Source: Octopus sinensis
Taxonomy: Eukaryota
Reading direction: 5' to 3'
NCBI RefSeq assembly: GCF_006345805.1
Contig: NC_043005.1
Coordinates: 63,178,001-63,242,000, forward strand
DNA: 64,000 nucleotides
Of the stretch, positions 25,920 through 39,458 are shown in pieces. A program made the translations under genes and the position numbers. The notes under the pieces are model-generated. The model saw only the letters and a list, made by a program, of their open reading frames with translations. It was not told the DNA's origin and did no database searches. Numbering within the stretch: position 1 is the first letter of the stretch; each line of letters begins with the position of its first letter.

Positions 25920-26063
25920 TGGAGTAAACACATAAATGTGAAACAAGGTGGAAAAAAGAGTACTCAAATACCAGGGTAGAGTAATATGCTTTATTTAAAA
26001 GCAGCAGAAATTCAACAAAACAAAACCTGTTTGAATTTCTGCTGCTTTTAAATAAAGTATATA
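25920..26063. mobile_element. Fold-back fragment of the same family as 6648-7275
   Basis: Shares GAAACAAGGTGGAAAAAA...GTACTC.AATACCAG.GGTAGAGTAATATG; perfect 27-bp inverted arms at 25989-26015 and 26031-26057 with a 15-nt loop. Confidence 0.75.
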
Positions 26064-26129
26064 TATGTATATATATGTGTATATACATGTGTGTGTGTAC
26101 ATGTGTGTGTGTATATATATGTGTATATA

Positions 26130-26432
26130 TGTGTGGTTGATGCCAGTGCCACCAAACTGGCTCCCATGCTGGTGGCACATAAAAAAGCACCATTTAAGCA
26201 TGGCTGATGCCAGTGCTGCCTGACTGGCTCCCATGCCAGTGGCACATAAAAAGCACCCACTACACTCTCGTAGTTGGCGTTAAGAAGAGCATCTAGGTGT
26301 AGAAACCTTGCCAGATCAGATTGGAGCTTGGTGCAGCCTCCTGGCTTGCCAGTTATCAGTCAAACCGTCAAACCCATGCCATCATGGAAAGTGGACATAA
26401 AACGATATCATGATGATGACGATGATGATGAT
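26130..26432 (+). mobile_element. SINE family C (internal tandem repeats, (ATG)n tail, RTE-like 3' end)
   Basis: GGCACATAAAAAGCACC repeats, CCAACCCATGCCA.CATGGAAAG.GGAC.TAAAACGATGATGAT tail; further copies at 49040, 49596 and 58135. Confidence 0.7.
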
Positions 26433-26523
26433 ATAATAGGAGCAGCTATGGGTATGTGGTTAAGAAGTTTCATTTGAGCCACATAGTTTTGTGTTCAATC
26501 CTACTGTGTGTGTTACCTGAGAG

Positions 26524-26876
26524 CAGTGCTTCTTAACCATTTTTTTTTTATCTATGGACACCTTTGATTACTATTTTATTCTGATGGATCTCCATAGTAA
26601 TTTGATGTTTAAAAATTTGTTTTAAAGAAACTTCTTTCAAAACTCCTATTTTGTTTTTCACACATTAACTTGTGTAGTTTGAAGTTTGTAAGATGTTAGA
26701 GAAAGAAACCTAGCTGTTTCTTGCAATACATACCAATGCATACATCTAAAGCAACATTTTTTCACCAACCTCTAAAATAGTATTCTAGATCCCCAATTTG
26801 CTATTTTTTTATGTGGACCCCCAAAAATCTTATATCGACCCTCATGGGCCATATGGATCCCAGTTGAGAGCCACTG
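26524..26876. mobile_element. hAT-type MITE nested in a diverged SINE-A
   Basis: TIR CAGTGCTTCTTAACC / AGTTGAGAGCCACTG; 8-bp TSD CCTGAGAG (26516-26523) vs CCTTAGAG (26877-26884). Confidence 0.85.
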
Positions 26877-28355
26877 CCTTAGAGTCACAAAGGGCATTCT
26901 GTTATAGTTTTGGGTCAACCAAACATGTGTGGATTTGGGTAGACTGAAACTTTAAGAAGTCTGGTGCATGTGTGCACACATGTGCACATGCGTGGATGTG
27001 CATGTGTGTGTGTGTGTGTGTGTTGTTTCCTTGTCTTGAGGTTGCATCCTGGTTGTCACCATCATACAAGTAGTGGTGTTCATTTGAAATCTTTTTGTGA
27101 AATCATGTTCAGTCATTGTGGTATCCATATTTGAAAGATTTGGGAGTATATTAGGTTACTTGAAATCAAATGAATGCTGGTGACAAAAAAAAAAGGGACA
27201 TCTGGCCATGAAAAATCTGACAAGGTTTGAATCATTTCATATTGGAAGCTGCTGCTTCCATTACACTAGTGTTCATATGTGTCATTTGACCTTTCCTACT
27301 GCCAAATACTTTACAGCGTATTGAGGTACACATTGTGAAATAGTTGGTGTTAGAAACCAAGCCAAATGATGTGTATGAACCTCAGTCATTGAGAGCAGTA
27401 ACTTGTACCGTGACTATGCCATCCAACCCATGCCAGCATCAAAAACAGGCAAAATATGATGATGGGGATTATGACTATGATGATGATGTTGATTATGATG
27501 TTGATGATGATGATGATGATGAGAACAATGATATACATATTAAAAGCAAAATCCATTATGGAATTTTAGTCTCAGAATTTCTCTAATAACAGATAAAATC
27601 TAAAATACAAAATTATTTAAATTTTGGTTAAATATTACCATTTAAATAAGCTACAAGCCAGTATAATATTACATTTTATAGCTTACTAAATGCTCATTAT
27701 TATATTTATGGCAAAAATACCTTAATTTCATTCAACTTATCTTCCTTTCTTCCTTTACTTACATTTTACAAACTATTTTGTCTCCACCATTATTATAAAG
27801 AACGTTTGAATTTAAATAAACAAACGTAAAGAGACAACGAATATTTCTTTCTTTCCCCCATTTTAAAATAGTCTTATCTTTTTACTGTATATTTTCTGAT
27901 TCTACTCTTAAAAGTAATTTTGATTTGCTTATATATATAGGTGCAGGCATGGCTGTGTGGTAAGCAGTTTGCTTTCCAGGTTCAGTCTTGTTATGTGGCA
28001 CCTGAGGCAAGTGTCTTCTACTAAAGTCTCAGACTGACTAAAGCCTTGTGAGTGGATTTGGTAGGCAGAAACTGAAAGAAGCCTGTTGTATGTGTGTGTG
28101 TGTCTTTTTATCTGTGTTTGTCCTCCACCACCTCTTAGCATCTGGTGTTGGTGCATTTAGAACCCCATAAGTTTTGCAGTTCAGTATAATTATAAGTACC
28201 AGACTTAAAAATTAAAATAGCAGTGTACATATATCATACTTAGTGTATATATACCTTCTATAGTCGTGTTACTGCAGTATTTGTCCAGATATAACATCTC
28301 TTATAGATGTGCAGTTTTAAAAGCACATTAAATATTGGAGAAAAAAATCAATCCA

Positions 28356-28757
28356 TATATTGTGTGTGTGTGTGTGGATTCGCTTTTCATGCAAAATTGC
28401 TGTGTGAATTGGTTCCATACTTGAGGTGCATGAATAATTTGACCTCGCATATATAAAAGGGTTTTCCTTTATTTTTTTTTTAAATCTAAATTTATTTTTT
28501 GTCCTTATTTGGGTTTCTTCAACAATAAGAGCTATCACAATATCAGTGAATGTTTTATTTATTGTTTCCTTTATTGGAAAGCAGATGTCAGTAAAGAAGC
28601 CCAAAAGTACCAAAATGCATATGATATATATTGTGTGTGTGTATTCGCTTTTTATGCAAGAACGGCTGTGTGAATTGGTTCCATACTTGAGGTGTGTGAA
28701 TAATTTGACCTCAGATACATAAAAGGGTTTTCATTTACTTTTTTTATTAAATCTAAA
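28356..28757. repeat. Diverged ~130-bp direct duplication (28356-28490 and 28626-28757)
   Basis: Shared GCTGTGTGAATTGGTTCCATACTTGAGGTG...GAATAATTTGACCTC...ATAAAAGGGTTTTC; a second duplication lies at about 28900 and 29135. Possibly Helitron 5' region. Confidence 0.75.
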
Positions 28758-29399
28758 TAAAATAAATTATATTGCTTTATATATCTGATTCACTCCTTTA
28801 TAAAGGATTTTCCGTGTCAACTTCTGGTATTGACATAGCAACAGGTTTTTCAATGTTTACTTCTGGTATTGATGTAGCAGCTTCCACTACCTAGACACGC
28901 ACATGTGTGTATAACCACTTCTACTTCATTTCAGAACATGTGTTATATCTATATCTATCTCTATAAACACTTCTATTTCATTTCAGAACTTCTGTTATAT
29001 CTATATCTATCAATCCTCCTCTCTTTCTATCTCATTCTCTTCTTCGTTCTGTCTATGGTCTTCATTTATTTTTTTATTAAAAATAAATATGATTCACTTC
29101 TTTAAAAGGTTTTTCAATGTCAATTTTCATTTGCTAGACATATGTATGTATAACCACTTCTGTTTCATTTCAGTATCTGTGTTATATCTATATCTTTCTA
29201 TATCTATCTATCTTTCTCTCTTTCTATCTCTTACTCTATCATTCTCTTCTTCATTCTGTCAACCATTCTGTCTAGCGTTTACCATTGTAACAATTTCTGG
29301 TACAAAACAAAATTTATTACACCTCCTTTCATTGTTCACAATCTTCTGTACCAATGATTTTGTGTATCCATAAATAACAATACCTAGATGGAAAGTGTC

Positions 29400-30164
29400 A
29401 AATTTGTCCCCAGTGTCAAGGTTAACCAAAAAGATGTCTCTGCCAATGGAAATAGGGACACCTGAAAAAAGGGAAGCATGCCAAAAAAGAAACAGACTGT
29501 GCACTATGGCAGCCAGAGCATTTGAGAATAATGAGATGAGCTATGCATCCAAAAAAAGACCCAGTTGCCTGAGCATCTCAAACTGCTGACAAGGAATAGG
29601 AGCTCCACTGTAGAATGAAAAGCAGTTACAGCAGCTCAGAGAAGCAACTTCTATGAAGCAGTTTTCAACTATGATCCAGCTTTCAAAATATCCTAGTTAA
29701 TTATGGAGATGATACTGAAGTTTCCATTCGTGCAATGACAACTGAGTGCATATATTGTAAAGCAAGGAAGTGGCCTAGAGAGACGCCTGAGTTGTGCTGC
29801 TGTGGGGGATTGGTTAAACTCCCTGCAATGCCACAACCTCCAGAGCCACTGAAGAAACTGTTGTCATCAACTGACCAAGATTCTAAGCACTTCTAAAACA
29901 AAATTAGACAATATAACACTGCACTATAGATGACATCATTTGGAGCCATAAGAGAAATAACTGAGCCAGGATTCATGCAAACCTCGAAGATTCAAGTTAT
30001 ATCAAGATTCAAGATATATCATTGTATTGACTCTCTACTACCTCTGTCAAATGAGTCACTAAAATTCCTACAAATATACTTTATGGATGATTCTGAACAA
30101 GAAGAGCAAGGGAGGTGCAAGAACATTTCTGGCATCAGGTTGAACATTGTGGTGTATCTGCAAA
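29400..30164 (+). pseudogene. Helitron RepHel N-terminal fragment
   Basis: FNYDP...MTTECIYCKARKWPRETPELCCCGGLVKLPAMPQPPEPLKKLL...SKHF*NKIRQYNTAL*MTSFGA...GFMQTSKIQ...IYHCIDSLLP...KFLQIYFMDD; in-frame stops. Confidence 0.9.
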
Positions 30165-31834
30165 TATTTTCAAGATCCACTGGTCCCACTCCCAAACTAT
30201 ATGGTAGTTATATTGATGACTGTTTCGGTGCAACCTCACTCTCCCATGAACAACTAGACTCCTTCCTCTCTTTTATCTAATTCTTCCATCTTGCCCTTCA
30301 ATTCTCCTGCACTATTTCCAACACTTCCGTCACCTTTCTCAACATTTCAGTCAACATACACAACTCCACTCTCACTACCTTTATCCACTACAAACACACC
30401 AACTCACACTCATACCACAACCTTCCCTTCTCCCACCCTACCCACATCAATCCCCTATTCCCAGTTCCTCCATCTGTGCAGGCTCTGCAGTGACAACCAT
30501 GCCTTTGAGACTCAGCCTCAAATCATAGCTTGCCACTTCATCCTTCGTGGATATCTCCCTCACCACTATCCACATGGCCCTTGCCAGAGCATGATCCAGG
30601 GACCATGCCTTTGCTCTCTCTCCCTGTACCCACCCCACTGTTGCCCATCTCCCATTTCCCCTCACCTACCACCCTCCTCCCTGCTCCTCCAATGTACCAT
30701 TCTCTGAGCCTTTCAGTAACTCCAGGCCAAGCCCTCCACTTTGCACATCTTCTCCAACCTACTCCTTCCCTCCTTCAAACAAGCCCACAACCTACGTGAC
30801 CTCCTGGTCCACAGTTTCTTCCCTAACCCTACCTTCTAATCTGGCTCATTCCCCTGCTCCTGCCCTGCTGTTGCACTTGCCCCTACTTCTCCAACACCAC
30901 CATCCTCACAGGCTCCCATCATCATCCCTATCATATCATTGACTCACTTACCTGCACTTGTAGCAATGTCATTTACTGCATCTCCTGCTCTTTTTGCTTT
31001 TCTCTGTACATTGGTCAAATGGGATACTGCTTAGCTGACCTGTTTATGGAACACCTCTGAGACATTAGACTTGCATCAGTTCCGCTCTACTGGTCATTTA
31101 CTGTCTGTGTTTGGATTGTCTTTGCACAGGGGCCAACCAGACTTTAGCCATCACCATTAATCTTCTCTCTTTGCTACTTTGCACCACATAGGCTCAACTC
31201 CCCTCTCCTCTTCATCTGACTTCCCTCCTCTCTTCTCTTCATCTGACACCTACTTTCTCTCTTCACTCCTACCACCTTCTGTTTCCTTTGATACCCCCTC
31301 CATCCACATCCCTCCCCACACATCCTACCCATACCCCAAACCTTCACCCCACAGTCACATTCCCACACTACCACACCATACCACACCACACACCACATCA
31401 CACCACCCCACACCACTCCACATACACTAGCATTGACCACTTTCCAGCATCCACACACTCACATATTACAGATGTACAAAAACTTACATACGCACACATC
31501 AAAGTCACTAGCCCCTATCCACATGCACACACTTACTCTCACATACACACATGCATGTGTACCTTCATTTTAAGATCATCAGTACTATATTATCGCCCCT
31601 TCTTCCTAGCTCCCCTATCCAACTACCTTTTTCCAACTAGTCACCATGATTGACTGCTAAATTCACAAGTTTTTCTTTTTATTCTCTCTCTGTTTATTTC
31701 ATCGTGTTCCTTTCTCTTGAAGAGTGTAGGCTTGAAATGTAAAAGACTTTCTCACCTTCCTGAGCATCAAACTAATACACCTGCTTGTTGTTTACACACC
31801 TGTCTTCAGCTTTTATTTTTCTGGAAATTTCAAC

Positions 31835-31840
<6 letters not shown>
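30161..31840 (+). mobile_element. 5'-truncated Penelope/Poseidon-like element (RT C-terminus + GIY-YIG + 3' tail), degenerate
   Basis: YIDD at 30209-30220; IPYSQFLHLCRLCSD; CSNVIYCISCSFCFSLYIGQ...F.EHL*DIR (about 30960-31075); IFSL...APHRLN; hammerhead-like TTGAAGAGTGTAGGCTTGAAATGTA at about 31717; ends in (TA)n. Confidence 0.9.
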
Positions 31841-31872
<32 letters not shown>

Positions 31873-32724
31873 CACACACACATACACATTTGCACATATC
31901 TAACAGAATTTTTGGAAAAAGTTTTTCTTCGTAGATATTTCACAGTATTTGAAAAACTTCAAAATTATTAATTACCTAAAAAGAAAATAAAACAGTCTTT
32001 AGAAAAACAGATTAAAATAGACCTGAAGGAAAGATGTTTTTATTTAAGCACTTTCTCTGCTTTCAACTACACATGTTAAAACATAATCCTTGCAGTAGCA
32101 ATTATTTTCTCACATGCTTTTTGGTATTTTCAATTTAGCAGCAGACTGCATAACTTTACAAGATATTCTACTTTTGTCATTCTTAATTCATCATTTCCTT
32201 TTTTCATTTTGATGAAAAATGGAATATTATAAATTTCTCATTCACCTAAATGTGTAGATGTTCCCTATTTGGAATATCACTAACAAATGATTTGCTTTTT
32301 ATGAAACCTGAGTTGGTCCATTAATCTTGTTCCTGTTTCACCTATATAGTTCTCACTGCATTGTGGATATGTGATGCAGCAAGTGAGAGCTTTTGTTTTG
32401 TTCATCTCAATTTGCATTAATCTAAGTGCTTTCCCATTATGATTTATCTTTTATTTGTTTCAGTCATTTGACCGTGGCCATGCTAGGGCATCACCTTGAA
32501 GGGTTTTAGTCGAACAAATTGACCCTAGAACTTAGCTTTTTTTAAGGCTAGTACTTATTCTGCCATTTTCTTTTGCTGAACCACTAAGTTACAGGGACAC
32601 AAACACACTATCACTGGTTGTCTAAAGGGGGTAGGAAACAAACTCAGGTACAAAGACACACACATGCATGCACACAAATTACTTCATACACTCCTTTGTG
32701 TGTGCGTGTGTCTCTTTCTTTCTC

Positions 32725-32757
<33 letters not shown>

Positions 32758-32959
32758 ACACACACATATATATGTATTCTTGTGTGTGTAAGTAAGTATA
32801 TATATTACTATATCTTCTTTATGCCATTGCAAGCAATATATTGCTTGATAATATAGAAATATACCTACTCTTTTATTCATATCAAATAGAAATTTTGTAA
32901 CTTGCGGATAACTAACTGATAATATTTGTATGTATGTTTGTATGTATGTATCTATGTCA

Positions 32960-33560
32960 CTTGTATATTTAATTATTTAAAGTCTTCTTATAAGGAAGTA
33001 GATAATTTCTAATAAAGATATGAAGCCCCATCAGTGAAATGTAGATAACAAAAAAAATACAGTGTCACATTTTGAACTTGAGAAAAGTCTTTTATGGTTT
33101 TACTGTCTGCTTACAGATTGTATTTGTGATGTGCAAGTTAGCTAATTGATTTCTCTTTCCGAAAAACACTAACTTTTCCAGATTGTCAGTTGGGTATTTA
33201 CTAATAAAACCAAGCGTACCGATTATTATTGATATTAATGTGAACTTATAATCTGGGTAAAGAAGCTAAAGTTTTTGAAGTAGTTGTCTGTAGTCATCCT
33301 TTATCTCTTTAATTTTCAAAAAGATATTCACATCAACAGGACAGCTGACCTCTATGATGGTACATACGTTTACTTCTCTGCCCCCAAACAACAATATTTG
33401 AACTGTTATGTTTGCAATAGGTACAAGTCTTGATGGGAATCTTCCATCAATATTCCTTATGTTGATGTTTATATACGTATTCATTTGGAAAGGGATTCTC
33501 TGTGGCATTGTACTTTAATTTAGCAACACATCATGCCCTGCTCGGAATATTCACAACTGT
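32960..33560 (-). mobile_element. 3' fragment of a second RLE LINE family
   Basis: EY*WKIPIKTCTYCKHN...IVVW...CTIIEVSCPVDVNI...LLYPDYKFTLISIIIGTLG...KTFLKFKM*; the 3' side abuts a (CATA)-type tract at about 32925-32950. Confidence 0.85.
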
Positions 33561-33579
33561 CTAATGATCAGTTATGTGA

Positions 33580-33613
<34 letters not shown>

Positions 33614-33654
33614 ATATATATATGTATATGTATATATATATATATGTAATAGGT

Positions 33655-34145
33655 TGTAGCATGGTTGGGTCGTCGGCGACTAAACTGGCAACCCCACCAA
33701 CCTTGCTTGGGGAGGAGGGTGTTTATTGGACACCCCGCAGGATGAAAGACAACCCGTCAAAGGGCGGAGGAACTCTTGAGAGTCAATGGCCATCCAATAA
33801 ATGTCTTAAGGCTGTATCATGTGTGGGCACATAGAAATAATCGGACTGAATACCCGATCGCGCAGTTAAACCATTGGGAGTGAAGGACTCCTAGCCTTTG
33901 TTAGGGCACCTTTCTAGGAGAAGGTAACTCAGGTAACTGGGATAACTCCGACATAAAACCTGCGGCTCAGTGGTTACCAATGATGTTGACTTGTTCTTCT
34001 TTTTGGATTATGGCTGCTGTTGCTTAGTGAGTGGGATTGACTTAGTGCACAGCCTTTCCTCACTTTAAAAAAAATCTTCTTGCACAGGCATTGCATGATA
34101 ACAACATTGATTAAGCTTCGTGCAATGGCCATACTCAATAACGAG
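33655..34145 (+). mobile_element. Non-coding, probably RTE-derived element within (TA)n
   Basis: TAAACTGGCAACCCCACC and TAGGGCACCTTTCTAGGAGAAGGTAACTC resemble RTE 5'-UTR motifs (from recall); no ORF; TA tracts on both flanks. Confidence 0.4.
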
Positions 34146-34224
34146 AGGGCAGCCACCATATATATATATATATATCTGTCTATCTATCTATTTATTTATC
34201 TATCTATCTGTATATCTATGTATT

Positions 34225-34255
<31 letters not shown>

Positions 34256-34719
34256 CTATCTTATTTATATCTATATGTATAAGCTTATATAGTATACTGT
34301 TCCATGAAGGTATGATCACCAAAAAAGTACTCTATCTTATGAGAGATAATTATTGTCTAATGAACATAGTATATATTTTTATGAGCACCTAGTAATTTCA
34401 TGTGATGAAAAAACACAGACACCATTTTATAACCATGTTCACATGGTGTATGCAAGCTAAAGCAGGACATCTTGTTTTGGCTTGTATACACCATATGAGC
34501 ATAGCTTGAAGATTGCATGAAGGCACCAGATGTATTATAAAATGCTTTCTGTGTTGTTTTCATCACATGAAACTATTAGTAACTCATAAAAATATATACT
34601 ATGTTCATTAAACTATATGTATGTATGTATGTATGTATGTGTATACACACACTCACATACATACACACAAGCATGTATATGGATGCACACACACACACAC
34701 ACACACTCACATACATATA

Positions 34720-34785
34720 TAACTATCTATCTATCAAGGCTGACAGACAGACAGACGGACGGATGGATAGATGGATGGATGGATG

Positions 34786-34826
<41 letters not shown>

Positions 34827-34900
34827 GTGGATGGATAGATAGATAGATAGACAGATGGATGGATAGATAGATAGATAGATAGATAGATGGATGGATAGAT
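34720..34900. repeat. (GATA)/(GGAT)/(GACA) microsatellite
   Basis: Direct reading. Confidence 0.95.
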
Positions 34901-34904
34901 ATGT

Positions 34905-35995
34905 TTCTTTATTAGCCACACAGGGCTGTACACAGATAGAACAAATTACAAGGTAGAGCTTTTCTTTTGAAGGTTTAAAAAAAAAAAAAAAAAAAGGAAG
35001 GGGGAGTTTCGATCAAAAGGGATCGTAAAAGGAGAGAAAGAGGACAAAAAAAAGGGGGGTTAAAAAAAAAAAAAAATTGATCAATAGGGATCGTTATCAC
35101 AGAAATGTCAATATGAAGTGTAAAGGGGAGGACAGGTGAGGTTTACCCGTGGAAAGAAAAGCCTACGGAAAAGACCACGGTAACCTCGGTCAATGAAGTC
35201 ACATTTTATATTTCTTTTTTTTTTTTTTTTTTTTTTGCAAATAAGCAACTCTCTGTTTTCGATTTCTGGGTTCATAGGACTATGCTCAAGGTGGCTTCGT
35301 CATTCATACGTGCCATTCTTGCTACATTCACCCATCTTTTTTTAAAACATTCGCTAGACAAAACTTGCCTCTCTACTCTCACTTTCCTTTTCAAGTGGTA
35401 CTTGAAGGAGTTGATGAGAGATTGACCAGAGAGGAAAGTGTTTGTCTCCAATCCTTTCAGACGCGTCCACCAGATACATTCTTTCGCCATAGCCACAAGG
35501 ATGATGAAAATAGCTCTTCCTTCCCGTTTGAAGGAAGGAGGCGTGACAATATTGACGATAGACTGAGCTGATAAACCGACTCGTCCCACACGTGACAGCA
35601 GTTGTTCGACATAAGCCCACAGGTCGGAAATTGTTGGACACTGAATGAGTGCGTGCAGAACGGTTTCATCGCTCTGACCACATCTCGGGCAGGTCGGCCC
35701 CGTGTTTCTCGAGCCGTGTCTGTAGAGCTTATCCCGAACGGGTAGCGCTTCTCGGTAGCACTGCTAGGCCAGGGATCTCTGGAAGTTGTCCATGGGCCCT
35801 GGCCCGAAAGTCGTCCTGAACAGGCGGGTCAGGTACTCCTCGTCGACGTCCAGGTTCGCCCCGAGCTCGTCGTCGTACCTCCCCTCCACTAAACCCCTAT
35901 AGAATGCTTTGGTTGTGTTGAAGTCACTTAAGGTCGACCCAGGACGGCAGAGTTGCTTGAGAGCAACGCGACACTCGCGGTGCCATTCGCTGGAT
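34905..35995 (-). mobile_element. 5'-truncated Tx1/L1-clade LINE (ORF2 C-terminus + 3' UTR)
   Basis: Frame 35995-35272 with a single stop (35766-35764): ...LPVRDKLYRHG...TCPRCGQSDETVLHALIQCP...DLWAYVE...MAKECIWWTR; CCHC knuckle at 35691-35638; 3' AATAAAG; (GATA)n on both flanks. Confidence 0.9.
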
Positions 35996-35996
35996 G

Positions 35997-36047
<51 letters not shown>

Positions 36048-36060
36048 GGATGGATGGATG

Positions 36061-36146
<86 letters not shown>

Positions 36147-36340
36147 CAGACAGGTGGATGGATAGATAGATAGATAGATAGACAGACAGGTGGATGGATA
36201 GATAGATGGATGGACAGGTAGACAGACAGACAGACAGACAGACAGGCAGGCAGGCAGGCAGACAGACAGACAGACAGACAGATAGATAGATAGATAGATA
36301 GATAGACTGATAGATAGACAGATAGATAGACTGACAGACA
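35996..36340. repeat. (GATA)/(GACA) microsatellite
   Basis: Direct reading. Confidence 0.95.
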
Positions 36341-36802
36341 TATCTAAATGGAATTATTCACTACTTCTGCAGCAATATCGTATCTGGCCTTAAAAAAACA
36401 TAGACAGAATTAAAGAATCTAAGATAATCTTAATATTGAATCTTTTTTTAGTACCTTATCAATAACAGAGTCACAATAGACATTGAGTTTTTTATTGTAT
36501 TTTTAATTACAACTTTTTTCTTCATTAGATATATTCAACATATTTCTGTCATGCATCTATGCATACTAATGCATTTCTGCTGGACATGTCCATGCCTTAA
36601 TTCTAATTCATTGAAACATGAATATTATTGTGTATTGATTACTGTGATGCATAGATGATGGTGGTGTTGATGTTATAGAAAGAGGAGGAGGAAGAAGGTA
36701 ACAGAGATTTGGATGACATTAGATCATTCTGATGAGTGAGGCTTTGGTAATGGTGGCGATGATGGTGATGTGATGGGGATGGTGGCAGCTTTTTTGCGTG
36801 TG

Positions 36803-36837
<35 letters not shown>

Positions 36838-36939
36838 AGATAGAGAGGGAGAGTGCCACAACTGATGATGAAAATAGGGGTGGTGCAGTTAACAGAGGTG
36901 ATGGTGATGAGGATGACAATGATGGGAATGATGACAATG

Positions 36940-37100
36940 ATGGAAATGATGGTGATGATAGTGATGATGATGATGATAACGCCGTTGCCACTGATGATGA
37001 TGATTACGCCGTTGCCGCTGATGATGATGATGACGATGATGATGATGATGATGATGATGACGATGATGATGACGATGATGATAATGATGATGATGATGAT
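36940..37100. repeat. (GAT)n microsatellite
   Basis: Direct reading; source of the poly-D and poly-M ORFs. Confidence 0.95.
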
Positions 37101-37449
37101 CTTGCTTTATATATGCATCAATGTTTGCCTAAGATCATAATGCCAAAATATCAATGCACATCAGTTTATAATCTTTGAAGGAAGTTTGACTTAGACAATT
37201 TGTATTTGTGTTCGTGTGTGTGTGTCTTGTGTCTGTATTTATTTGTATATGTGTGCACTTGTATGCATTGGTAATTCTGAGAATACACAATCATATAAAA
37301 TAACACAGTTATGTAGCTAGACCACTATAGAAATATGTATATAGACATATATACACAGACACAAGAGACATAAAACAAAGAAGGGAGAGGAAAAGTAAGA
37401 AAATATTTATACAAAGCCCAAATATATCCAAATATTTATTCGTGTTCAT

Positions 37450-38060
<611 letters not shown>

Positions 38061-39419
38061 CTGCACGCATTTTGTAACCATGTCCATAAATAATTACTAA
38101 AAGAAGAGAAGAATATGAACAGGAGCACTCTATAAGAAACACCACACAGCACTAGTAACATACTATTACAGATATATCAATACCAGTACACCAATATAGA
38201 TGTATACAGGCAGACACAACAGTATAAACATACTAATAAACACACCTATTGTATCATACCGTTAACAATACACATATAACAAATAAAGTTAACTGAGTTT
38301 GTTTCTGACTAGCAAACATAAAACTTCATTAGTCATACCTGGCTGAGTGACATTGCAATATTGAATGTAAAGTACTTTTTTTTGTTGTTGTTTCATTCTT
38401 CTTCCTATCCTTCATAACTTCTGACTATAATTTTCTTTTATTTTTGAAATTTTCTGATGAGCCACAAAATTAAGATGGTGAAACAAACTTTCAATACTTT
38501 TCTTTTGTCTTTTCATTTGTTTTTTTTTTTGTTATTTATAATTTTTTTTTTGTTGTTTTTCGAAAGACTGTATTAAACTCAAAATCTATAGGGAAGATAA
38601 TGAGGTTTAAAGATTAGTCAAGGCAAAAATTTTTGGTTAGAATTATTGAGATGATTCCCATGGTTGAATTGTTATCTCTTCTCAAAGCCAATATAAATGA
38701 TGGTAGAAAACAAAAACTAGATCTAAAACTAAACAAAGAAAAGGAAAAGTGAAACAAATACATAAAGAATAGAATAAAAATAAAAATATACAATCTTCTG
38801 AAATTTACTTATGGATAATGTAAGGTATCTATAAACCTAGGTTTTAGTAGAAAAACAAATCACTGAGGATAATTACTCAGACATGCCATCTGCAAAAATA
38901 AAAAGAAGCAAAGTAGAAAAAGCAATAGTCAAGTTTGTATTATATTTATCATAGCGAGCATTAAATACCTATTGTTTTAATAGTATTTGGTTTCACAGTC
39001 ATTGATGTTGTATTTGTTGATCTTATCTTTGCTTTCCATATTGTTACTGAGTTCACAGTGTACTAGGGAGCCACTGGAATGTCCGAGGCTTGGCTTTATA
39101 TCTCATTTGAAACCATTGTGTTCTGTACATGCCAAAGATATTTAGTGATTTCAAAATTAATAGCTAAACCCATCTGGCTGAAACGGTAGGTTCTAACAGG
39201 TCATATAGGTCATAAATATAAGAAGTAGCAGTGGTAATATAAAATAGATATGTGCTTTATTAGTTTACAGTGTTTAGTCAAAGACAAATAGAAGCTACTT
39301 TAATGTTCCAGATTCTAATGACTTATATGGCATAAAATAAAGAAATGAACTTTTTGTGCTTGCATCTGCTTAATTTCAAAAATAAATAAAACAAGTAAGC
39401 TACTGTAAGTATGTGCTTG

Positions 39420-39458
<39 letters not shown>

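Noticed and set aside
36798-37178. Acidic poly-Asp protein (also 54989-55412 and 12780-13118)
   Set aside because: (GAT)n/(CAT)n microsatellite translations without splice or domain support.
38995-39066. IDVVFVDL...AF resembling a CR1/L2 RT motif or an exon
   Set aside because: A single short motif followed by a stop, with no flanking RT motifs.
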